Shown one piece after another: positions 9,161 to 16,470 of a stretch of DNA of 64,000 bases (the stretch's first letter is position 1; every line of letters starts with the position of its first letter). The DNA is taken from the NCBI GenBank assembly GCA_050732875.1, contig JBOHRQ010000008.1:1384-65383 (forward strand), read 5' to 3'. The notes beneath the pieces were generated by a model. It was not told the DNA's origin. It did not search any database and saw only the letters and a list, made by a program, of their open reading frames with translations. This stretch comes from Gemmatimonadota bacterium. Lineage in GTDB: Bacteria; Gemmatimonadota; Gemmatimonadetes; JACCXV01; JAHWKZ01. Position numbers and translations under genes: made by a program.

Positions 9161-9964
9161 ATGCGGACGCAGCGTTCGATAGAGAGATGGCTCCTGATCC
9201 TGACGGTCGGCTCGATCGGGATCGCGGCGCTGGCCTGCGGCGGCGAGGGCGCCGACGAGGTCGACGACGATCTTCCGATCGTGGTCGAGGACAGTGGCCC
9301 GATCGCACTGTCTGATTCGGTCGGTCCGACCGCCGATGAAATCGATGTGGTGGAAGAGCAGCCGCGTGTCGTAGAGCGGACCGTCGTCGTCCGCGAGCGG
9401 CCTCGTGAGGAGCCGACCCGGACCCCGAGCCCGGAGCCCGCGCCGGCACCATCCCGACCGAGTTCGATCCCGGCCGGAACGTCGATCTCGTTCTCCACGC
9501 TCCACCAGGTGGATTCGGAGCACAACGATGTCGGTAGCACGTGGACCGGTCGCGTGACTCGCAACGTCGTGGTCGGCGGGCAGGTCGTGATTCCGGCCGG
9601 AGCGACGGTCACCGGCGTGGTGACGAACATGAACGAGGGCGACGACAACGGCGGCAACGGCTCGATCACGCTCGAGGCGCGCTCGGTGGAGACCGCCTAC
9701 GGGTCGCGCTCCATCGCCGCCGCGCCGGTGGCAGGAGGTCATTCGTACGCCGACAAGGGCTTCCCGACCAAGGAGACGGCGATCGGCGCCGGGGCCGGGG
9801 CGGTGCTGGGTGGCATCATCGGCGGCAAGAAGGGCGCGGCGATCGGCGCCGGGGTCGGCGGAGCCGGTGGCGCGGCCATGGGGCAAGCGCGCGATGACTA
9901 CGAGGTGGCGCTGGACGCCGGCAGCAATCTCACCGTGCGTCTGTCGAACTCCGTGGGCCTGTAA
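9161..9964 (+). CDS. lipoprotein with C-terminal glycine-zipper domain
   Basis: GGAGG then 5 nt then ATG at 9161. Lipobox 'IAALACGG'. The C-terminus 'AIGAGAGAVLGGIIGGKKGAAIGAGVGGAGGAAMG' is Gly-zipper-like. Confidence 0.6.
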   Translation: MRTQRSIERWLLILTVGSIGIAALACGGEGADEVDDDLPIVVEDSGPIALSDSVGPTADEIDVVEEQPRVVERTVVVRERPREEPTRTPSPEPAPAPSRPSSIPAGTSISFSTLHQVDSEHNDVGSTWTGRVTRNVVVGGQVVIPAGATVTGVVTNMNEGDDNGGNGSITLEARSVETAYGSRSIAAAPVAGGHSYADKGFPTKETAIGAGAGAVLGGIIGGKKGAAIGAGVGGAGGAAMGQARDDYEVALDAGSNLTVRLSNSVGL

Positions 9965-10094
9965 AACGAACGAGCCGAACACGGCTTTTCCGGGAGCGCC
10001 GGGGCTGGCCAGAGAGCGGCCCCGGCGTTTCTTTTTGCCCGCTGGTCGATTCCTCGATAGCGTTCCCGCCGATGGTCGGACCGGACGGACGTTG

Positions 10095-10892
10095 ATGGAA
10101 GAACGCGAGCTCGCCGAGCTCCGCGCATTCGCGCTCGAGGCGGCCCGCGCGGCGGGCCGGTTGACGCTCGAGTACTTCGGAAGCGCGCTCGACGTCGAGC
10201 GAAAGGCCGACCGGTCGCTGGTGACCTCGGCGGACCGCCGTGCCGAGGAGCTGCTCCGCGAGCGGCTCGCGGCGCGCTGCCCGGGGGACGGCGTGATCGG
10301 TGAGGAGTTCGGGGTCGAGGAGGGCTCGAGCGGGAGACGCTGGACGCTGGATCCGATCGATGGGACGTTCGGGTTCGTTCACGGGGTGCCGCTCTTCTCC
10401 GTCCTGATCGGGCTGCTGGACGGCGAGGAGGCGGTGCTCGGCGTCGTCCATCTCCCGGCCCTGAGAGAGACGGTGGCCGCGGTCCAGGGGTCGGGCTGCT
10501 GGATGTGGAGAGGAGACGCGGATCCGGTCCCGTCGCGGGTCTCGTCCGAAGCCGCCCTCGCGGACGCGCTCGTCCTGGCCACCGACTTCCGCCGTCTTCC
10601 GGGCGCGGCCGGGGCCGGGTACGAGCGGTTCGCGGACGCCGGAGAGCTCAGGACCTGGGGGGACGCCTACGGCCACGCGCTGGTCGCCACCGGTCGGGCC
10701 GACGCGATGATCGACCCCCGCATGAAGCCCTGGGATTCGGTCCCCCTGCAGCCGATCGTCGAGGAGGCGGGAGGCCGCTTCAGCACGCTGGCGGGCGCGG
10801 CACTGCCGGCGGGCGGAAGCGCCGTGTCGACCAACGGGCTCCTCCACGACGAGGTGCTCGAGCGGCTGGCCGACCCGTCGACCATGGGGTAG
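10095..10892 (+). CDS. inositol monophosphatase family protein (IMPase/HisN-like)
   Basis: 'WTLDPIDGT' and 'VVHLPALRETVAAVQGSG' are IMPase signatures. The upstream reading frame stops at 10085-10087, so the ATG at 10095 is the first start. Confidence 0.85.
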   Translation: MEERELAELRAFALEAARAAGRLTLEYFGSALDVERKADRSLVTSADRRAEELLRERLAARCPGDGVIGEEFGVEEGSSGRRWTLDPIDGTFGFVHGVPLFSVLIGLLDGEEAVLGVVHLPALRETVAAVQGSGCWMWRGDADPVPSRVSSEAALADALVLATDFRRLPGAAGAGYERFADAGELRTWGDAYGHALVATGRADAMIDPRMKPWDSVPLQPIVEEAGGRFSTLAGAALPAGGSAVSTNGLLHDEVLERLADPSTMG

Positions 10893-11049
10893 TGGGCGCC
10901 CCCCGGCTGGATGGCCGGCCCGCCGCGGCCCTTGGCCATCAGCTTCTCGAGTCGCTCCTTCAGGACGATGGGTTGTTGTGCTTCAGGTCGCGCGTACCGA
11001 AGACGAGCGTGACGTCCGTGTCGCGGGCAGCGCGGGCCAGTCCACACCC

Positions 11050-11646
11050 CTACTCCGGGGCGATCCGGACGATCTTCTCGCGCATGATGCGGTCCACCGG
11101 CGGGAAGGTCTTCCGCGCGGCTTCCGGCACGGGCCGCCAGTCACCGGTGCCGGGGCGGCTGGCGTACCAGTCGAAGGGGCGCGTTCCCGGACCCTGCCCC
11201 GGCTCCCCGACCACGATCCGGCCGACCATGCCGCCGGCCTCGTGCGGCAGGCAGAAGTAGTCGTAGACACCGGGGACGGTGAGCGACACCTCGAAAGCCT
11301 GCCCCGGCGTGGTGAGAATTCCGGAGTCCCAGGGCTCCGCATCCTCCGGAATCCGCAGCGAGTGACTGGTGTTGGCCGGATGATAGGCCGTCGTCGAGTG
11401 GACGCTCTCGTCGACTACCCAGCGGACCGTCCTCCCCGGCTCGATCAGCACGCCGACGGGATCGAACCAGACTTTCGAGCCGAGCGCGTCGCTCTTCATG
11501 TGGATCTCGACGGGGGAGCCCGGAGGCGCCCCTGCGCCGCCCTCGAGCCCGAGCAGCGCGCCGAGGGAAGACCGCGCCGGACCCGGCGCGGCGAGGCCGG
11601 CGAGCGCGAGCCCGCCGGCCTGCAGGAAGATCCGCCGCGTGACCAC
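11050..11646 (-). CDS. Tat-exported plastocyanin/azurin-like cupredoxin
   Basis: Twin-arginine motif 'TRRIFLQAGGLALAG'. Copper ligands 'HSTTAYH' ... 'YDYFCLPHEAGGMVGRIVV' (His, Cys, His, Met). Start proposed at GTG 11646, overlapping the upstream stop as GTGA. The alternative is ATG 11724. Confidence 0.7.
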   Translation of the reverse strand: MVTRRIFLQAGGLALAGLAAPGPARSSLGALLGLEGGAGAPPGSPVEIHMKSDALGSKVWFDPVGVLIEPGRTVRWVVDESVHSTTAYHPANTSHSLRIPEDAEPWDSGILTTPGQAFEVSLTVPGVYDYFCLPHEAGGMVGRIVVGEPGQGPGTRPFDWYASRPGTGDWRPVPEAARKTFPPVDRIMREKIVRIAPE

Positions 11647-11653
11647 GATTCCG

Positions 11654-12109
11654 CTACTTGAGCGCCGCGGCCGTCTCGGGCGAGACGTACCACACCACGA
11701 AGTGGTAGTGCGGCTCAGCGACACCCGGATGGCCGGCGTTGTAGTAGATGTCCACGTGATCGGCCTTCGCCGCGGCCACGTCGAGCCCGTTGAAGTTCTG
11801 CTGCTCGTTCATCGACGAGAGCGGGATCATGTAGACCGAGCTGACCAGATTGCCCTCGCGGTCGTAGGCCAGGAAAGGGCCCGCCGGCAGGGTCGCCGGA
11901 TCCACGTACAGGGTGCCGATTCCGGGCAGGAAGTCCGGGAGCTCGACGAGCTCGCTGACCGGCTGGAAGGCGCCGCCCGGGGGCGCGGTCATCATCTCTC
12001 CGTGCATGGCCTCGTGCCCGGCGGCCACTTCCTCCTCCTGCGCCTGGGCCGTGCCGGCCAGGAAGGCGAGGGCGGAGGCCGCGAGGGCGAGCGTGAAGAG
12101 CCGTTTCAT
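11654..12109 (-). CDS. secreted protein with His/Met-rich N-terminus (putative periplasmic metal binder)
   Basis: AGGAGG then 8 nt then ATG (12109). Signal peptide 'MKRLFTLALAASALAFLAGTAQA', then 'AGHEAMHGEMM'. The C-terminus is 'HYHFVVWYV'. Confidence 0.6.
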   Translation of the reverse strand: MKRLFTLALAASALAFLAGTAQAQEEEVAAGHEAMHGEMMTAPPGGAFQPVSELVELPDFLPGIGTLYVDPATLPAGPFLAYDREGNLVSSVYMIPLSSMNEQQNFNGLDVAAAKADHVDIYYNAGHPGVAEPHYHFVVWYVSPETAAALK

Positions 12110-12183
12110 GATTGGATCCTCCTGATAAGGGTTGACAGCGTAGGGGGTTGCTTCCTTTCGAGTATACACCTAAATTGATTGTT

Positions 12184-12861
12184 ATGCAAGTCGAAACTAT
12201 CAAAACAGCCCTGCCCTCGGGCACCAAACGGGAGATTCTCGACTTTCTCATCCGTAAGGAGCTGAGCGCGCAGGAGCTCGCCGACAGGCTGGGGGTCAGC
12301 TCAGCCGCCGTCCGCCAGCATCTGGCCATCTTGCAGAGCGGCGGCCTGGTCATGCGCGGGAAAGCGGACTCCCAGCCCGCCGGTCGCCCGACCTACGTCT
12401 ATGCTCTCTCGCCGCTCGCCCGCCGCGCCTATCCCAAGCGGTACGACGTGCTCGCGAGCGAGCTGTTCGAGGTTCTGCAGGACCGGCAAGGCGAAGCGAC
12501 CGCGCTCGAGCTGGTCGCGACGGCCGCGCGGCGCGTGGCGCGCCGGGCCCGCGACGGGATGGCCATCGACGACGCCGAGCGACGCTGGGACCTCCTGCTG
12601 GCCTGGCTGGATGAGACCTTCGCCCTGGAGGCCGAGTGGGAGCCCCTCGGCGATGGCCGCCGGCGCATCGTCGTCCACCATTGCCCCTTCCAGGACATCG
12701 CCGCGGACCGTCCCCGGGTCTGCGGGACCTTCTTCACCAACCTGGTCGGGGAGCTCCTGGGCACGGACGGGGTGAGCCACGTGCCGCTCGACGATCGCCT
12801 GCGCTGCTGCGCCATCGACATCGAGGACGGCTCGATCGACCGGGCGCAGGCCGGCGCGTGA
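12184..12861 (+). CDS. ArsR/SmtB-family winged-helix regulator with Cys-rich C-terminal domain
   Basis: The helix-turn-helix 'ILDFLIRKELSAQELADRLGVSSAAVRQHLAILQSGGLV'. C-terminal 'HHCPF', 'CGTFF' and 'CCAID' cysteines. It is divergent from the copper-protein operon. Confidence 0.7.
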   Translation: MQVETIKTALPSGTKREILDFLIRKELSAQELADRLGVSSAAVRQHLAILQSGGLVMRGKADSQPAGRPTYVYALSPLARRAYPKRYDVLASELFEVLQDRQGEATALELVATAARRVARRARDGMAIDDAERRWDLLLAWLDETFALEAEWEPLGDGRRRIVVHHCPFQDIAADRPRVCGTFFTNLVGELLGTDGVSHVPLDDRLRCCAIDIEDGSIDRAQAGA

Positions 12862-12873
12862 CGACCGCGAGCC

Positions 12874-14241
12874 TCACTCGATCCACACCGACTTGATGTT
12901 GACGAACTCGCGGATCCCGAAGGCAGACAGCTCGCGCCCGTAGCCGCTCTCCTTGATGCCGCCGAAGGGGAGGCGCGGATCCGACCTCACCAGGCCGTTC
13001 ACGAAGCACGCCCCCGCGTCGAGCTCCTCAGCCGCGATCCGCCGCCCGCGCTCGAGGTCGCGGGTGAAGACCGCCGCCCCCAGGCCGAACGAAGTGTCGT
13101 TGGCGACCTGGATCGCCTGGGCCTCGTCGGTCACCGGGATGATCGACGCCACCGGCCCGAATAATTCCTCCTGGTATCCGGGCGAGGCCGGCTGGACGTC
13201 CGTCAGCACGGTCGGCGGGTACCACGCCCCGTCGCGATCGGGGATCTCGCCGCCCAGGAGGCAGCGTGCCCCGAGCGCGATCGTCTCCTCCACCTGGCGG
13301 TGGAGGCCGTCCCTTAGATCCGCCCGCGCCTGGGGTCCGACGTCGGTTGCCTCGTCCATCGGGTCGCCGACGACAGCGCTCCGCATGCCCTCGACGAAGC
13401 GCCGCTCGAAATCCTTCCGGACCGGCTCCACGACGATGAACCGCTTGGCGGCGATGCAGCTCTGGCCGGAATTGATGAGCCGGCTCTTCACGCAGGTCGC
13501 GACGGCCTGGTCGAGGTCGGCGTCCTCCAGGACGACGTAGGGGTCGCTGCCGCCCAGCTCGAGCACCGTCTTCTTGAGGCTCTTCCCGGCCGCCTGCGCG
13601 ACCGCGCGGCCCGCCGGACCGCTGCCGGTCAGGGTGACGGCCCGCACGCGGTCGTCCGCGATCAGCGGTGCGACGCGTGCGCTGCCGACGAGGAGAGCCC
13701 GAAAGAGGTCCTCGGGGAAGCCCGCCTCGCGGAAGATCGCTTCGATCGCCAGCGCCGACCCGGGAACGTTCGAGGCGTGCTTGAGAAGCGCCGCGTTCCC
13801 GGCCATGAGCCCCGGCGCGGCGAAGCGGAAGACCTGCCAGAAGGGGAAGTTCCACGGCATGACGGCCAGGACGACGCCGAGCGGCCGGAAGGCGACGAAG
13901 CTCTCCCGGGCGTCGGTCTCGACCGGCTCGTGAGCGAGGAAGCGCTCCGCGTTCTCCGCGTAGTACTCGCAGACCCAGGCGCACTTCTCGGCCTCGGAGC
14001 GGCCGTCCCGGACGGGCTTGCCCATCTCCTCGGCCATGAGACGCGCGTACTCGCCGGCGCGTTCCTTCAAGACGGCCGCGGCGCCTCGCATCCGACGGCT
14101 CCGCTCCTCGAACGAGGTCTCCCGCCACGCCATGAAGGTCTGGTGGGCGCGCTCGACGATCTCATCCAGCTCGTCGGCGGGTGTCTCCGGGACGGTGCGC
14201 AGGGTCTTTCCGGTGGCGGGGTTCACGACTTCGATCGGCAT
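12874..14241 (-). CDS. gabD: NAD(P)+-dependent succinate-semialdehyde / aldehyde dehydrogenase
   Basis: ALDH motifs 'VLELGGSDP', 'INSGQSCIAAKRF' (catalytic Cys), 'MPWNFPFWQV', 'ELFGPV'. ATG at 14241 ('MPIEVVNP'). Confidence 0.85.
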   Translation of the reverse strand: MPIEVVNPATGKTLRTVPETPADELDEIVERAHQTFMAWRETSFEERSRRMRGAAAVLKERAGEYARLMAEEMGKPVRDGRSEAEKCAWVCEYYAENAERFLAHEPVETDARESFVAFRPLGVVLAVMPWNFPFWQVFRFAAPGLMAGNAALLKHASNVPGSALAIEAIFREAGFPEDLFRALLVGSARVAPLIADDRVRAVTLTGSGPAGRAVAQAAGKSLKKTVLELGGSDPYVVLEDADLDQAVATCVKSRLINSGQSCIAAKRFIVVEPVRKDFERRFVEGMRSAVVGDPMDEATDVGPQARADLRDGLHRQVEETIALGARCLLGGEIPDRDGAWYPPTVLTDVQPASPGYQEELFGPVASIIPVTDEAQAIQVANDTSFGLGAAVFTRDLERGRRIAAEELDAGACFVNGLVRSDPRLPFGGIKESGYGRELSAFGIREFVNIKSVWIE

Positions 14242-14342
14242 GCGCCTTCCTTTCCGGACGTGCAGGGAATCCAACGTCGCCGGGGCAGCGCGCCGGATCA
14301 AGTTCCCGCGGCTTCCGGCCTCTCGACTGGGCCGCCCGGCGG

Positions 14343-14927
14343 TCAGCCCGGGGACGGCAGAAGCTCGAGCCCAGCCGACTCGGCGGCGGCGCGATACCAG
14401 CGGCCCAGCTCCGGGACTTGATAATGGGCGTTGAGACCGCTCGGATTGGGCAGCGCCCAGAGCTCGGCCCCCGACAGCCGTTCCTCCTGCCTGCCCACTT
14501 CCGCTCCCGGCCGCTGGAAGGCCGCCCGGTAGGCGGTGAGCCCGACCACGGCGACCACGCGCGGCTCGAGTCGCGCCACCTTCCGGATCAGCCCGCGCGC
14601 CCCCGCGCGCAGCTCGTCGGTCCCGAGCTCGTCCGCCCGCGCCGTGGCCCGGTCGACCAGGTTGGTGATGCCGATCCCCCGGTCGAGAAGCGCAGCCCGC
14701 GAGAGACGGTCGAAGCCGCCCCGGACGTCCAGCTCCTTGGCGACCAGCCCACCGGCGTGAAGGGCCTTGTAGAAGCGGTTCCCGGGGCGCGCGAAGTGGG
14801 CCTGCACGGCGGCGGTCCAGAGGCCGGGATTGATCCCGACGAAGAGTAGCCGGACGTCCGTGCGGACCAGGTCGGGCACGCCGCGTCCGCGAGCGGCCTC
14901 GAGATCGGCGCGAGAAGGCCTCGTCAC
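14343..14927 (-). CDS. mug: G/U mismatch-specific uracil-DNA glycosylase (Mug/TDG family)
   Basis: 'LLFVGINPG', 'GNRFYKAL' and 'LPNPSGLNA' align to E. coli Mug. Start proposed at GTG 14927, which leaves a 160-nt divergent regulatory region. Confidence 0.7.
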   Translation of the reverse strand: MTRPSRADLEAARGRGVPDLVRTDVRLLFVGINPGLWTAAVQAHFARPGNRFYKALHAGGLVAKELDVRGGFDRLSRAALLDRGIGITNLVDRATARADELGTDELRAGARGLIRKVARLEPRVVAVVGLTAYRAAFQRPGAEVGRQEERLSGAELWALPNPSGLNAHYQVPELGRWYRAAAESAGLELLPSPG

Positions 14928-15004
14928 GCCTTCAACATCGGACCGACCGAAGCCGGCCGCCAACCCGCCTGCGCCGGTGGAGCGGGCCGCGTATACTCGG
15001 GCGC

Positions 15005-15085
15005 CGACAGGGGTGCTGGGTTCGCTCCCGGCTGAGATCACACCCTCAGGACCTGATCCGGGTAATGCCGGCGAAGGGAGGTCGC
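15005..15085 (+). ncRNA. TPP (THI-box) riboswitch
   Basis: 'GGGGUGCUGGG...GCUGAGAUCACACCCUCAGGACCUGAUCCGGGUAAUGCCGGCGAAGGGAGG' matches the THI element (GGGGUGC, CUGAGA, ACCUGAUC.GG.UAAUGCC.GCG.AGGGA). It ends in the GGGAGG SD sequence of tenA. Confidence 0.8.
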
Positions 15086-15087
15086 GC

Positions 15088-15753
15088 ATGGGATTCTCCG
15101 CCGATCTGATCGAACGGGTGGGACCGCTCTGGAGGCGGATGCTCGACCACCCCTTCCTGCTCGAGACGCGCGACGGTTCGCTCCCCGACTCGACGTTCGC
15201 ACGCTGGATGCGCCAGGACTACCTGTTCGTCGAGGCGGCGATCCCGTTCATGGAGGCGCTGGTCGCGAAGGCCCCGGCCGGGCATCGAAAACCCCTGACC
15301 GACGCGATCAAGGCATTCCACGGCGAGCTCGAGATCTTCCGCGAGCGCGCCGGCGCGGCAGGTGTCGACCTCAAGGACATCGCGCCGGCCTTCGTCTGTC
15401 ACGCCTACGTCCAGTTCCTGCTCTCCACCGCTTCCTACGCCGGCTATCCGGAGGGGTTCACCGTCCTCTATGCGGCCGAGAAGGCGTATCACGAGTCGTG
15501 GAAGGTGGTGAGGTCGGGAATCGCCCCGGACTCGCCGTGGACAGGTTTCGTCGAGAACTGGGCGGGCGACGCGTTCGCCGGATGGGTGGCCTGGCTGGAG
15601 GCCGAGCTGGACGCGCTGGCCGATGAGGCCGGGCCGGCGGCGGGCGAGCGGATGGCGCAGCTCTTCGATCTCACCGTCCGCTACGAGATCGCGTTCTGGG
15701 AGCTGGCTTACGGCCGCGCCGACGGCTGGCCGGGGGTCGAGACGAAGCCGTGA
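15088..15753 (+). CDS. tenA: TenA/thiaminase II family (aminopyrimidine aminohydrolase)
   Basis: GGGAGG then 6 nt then ATG. 'FARWMRQDYLFVEA', 'HAYVQFLL' and 'YEIAFWELAY' are TenA signatures, including the catalytic Cys context 'FVCHAY'. Confidence 0.85.
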   Translation: MGFSADLIERVGPLWRRMLDHPFLLETRDGSLPDSTFARWMRQDYLFVEAAIPFMEALVAKAPAGHRKPLTDAIKAFHGELEIFRERAGAAGVDLKDIAPAFVCHAYVQFLLSTASYAGYPEGFTVLYAAEKAYHESWKVVRSGIAPDSPWTGFVENWAGDAFAGWVAWLEAELDALADEAGPAAGERMAQLFDLTVRYEIAFWELAYGRADGWPGVETKP

Positions 15754-16418
15754 CCGCCTTCACCGACGAGCTTTTCGAGGCCGGACGGCTGATCTGGGAG
15801 GCCCAGCTCGAGCACCCTTTCGTGAAGGGAATCGCGGCCGGCGGCCTCGACGAGGACCGGTTCCGGCGCTGGGTCGTCCAGGACTACCTGTACCTGAAGG
15901 AGTTCGCGCGCGTCTTCGCGTGGGCGGCGGCGAAGGCCGACCGTCTCGAGGGGATGTCCTGGTACGCGGCGGCCCTCGACCTGACGCTCAACAGCGAGAT
16001 GGACCTCCACCGCACGTACGCCGCCCGCTTCGGGCTGTCGGCGGCGGACCTGGAGGCGGGCGAGATGTGGCCGACCACCCGCGCCTATACGGACTTTCTC
16101 GTGCGCACGGCGGCTGACGGTGATCTGGCCGAGCTGGTCGCGGCGCTCCTTCCCTGTGCCTGGGGGTACGCGTGGATCGGGAAGCGCCTCGCCGAGGAGG
16201 GGCGTCCGGCCGATGCGCGCTACGCGGACTGGATCGAACAGTACGCCGCGCCGGAGTTCCAGGCGGCGGCGGAGTGGCTGAAGGCGGAGATGGACCGGCT
16301 GGCGGCGGATGCGTCCTCCGAGAAGCGTGAGCGACTACGCGCGCTCTTTGTCCTCTCCAGCCGTTACGAGTGGCTGTTCTGGGACATGTGCTGGCGGGGC
16401 GAGGCGTGGCCGGTGTAG
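15750..16418 (+). CDS. TenA/thiaminase II family paralog
   Basis: The GTG at 15750 overlaps the upstream stop (GTGA). 'FRRWVVQDYLYLKEF', 'LPCAWGYAWIG', 'YEWLFWDM'. Confidence 0.8.
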   Translation: MTAFTDELFEAGRLIWEAQLEHPFVKGIAAGGLDEDRFRRWVVQDYLYLKEFARVFAWAAAKADRLEGMSWYAAALDLTLNSEMDLHRTYAARFGLSAADLEAGEMWPTTRAYTDFLVRTAADGDLAELVAALLPCAWGYAWIGKRLAEEGRPADARYADWIEQYAAPEFQAAAEWLKAEMDRLAADASSEKRERLRALFVLSSRYEWLFWDMCWRGEAWPV

Positions 16419-16470
16419 GATAGCGCCACCGTTCGGGAGCCTGACCTGGACACACAGCCCGGAGCCCGCC

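Noticed and set aside
10893-11049. Minus-strand peptide-like stretch 'QQPIVLKERLEKLMAKG' in the convergent gap between the IMPase and the cupredoxin
   Set aside because: The frame continues antisense through 226 nt of the well-supported IMPase gene and has no credible start/stop pairing. It is probably chance.
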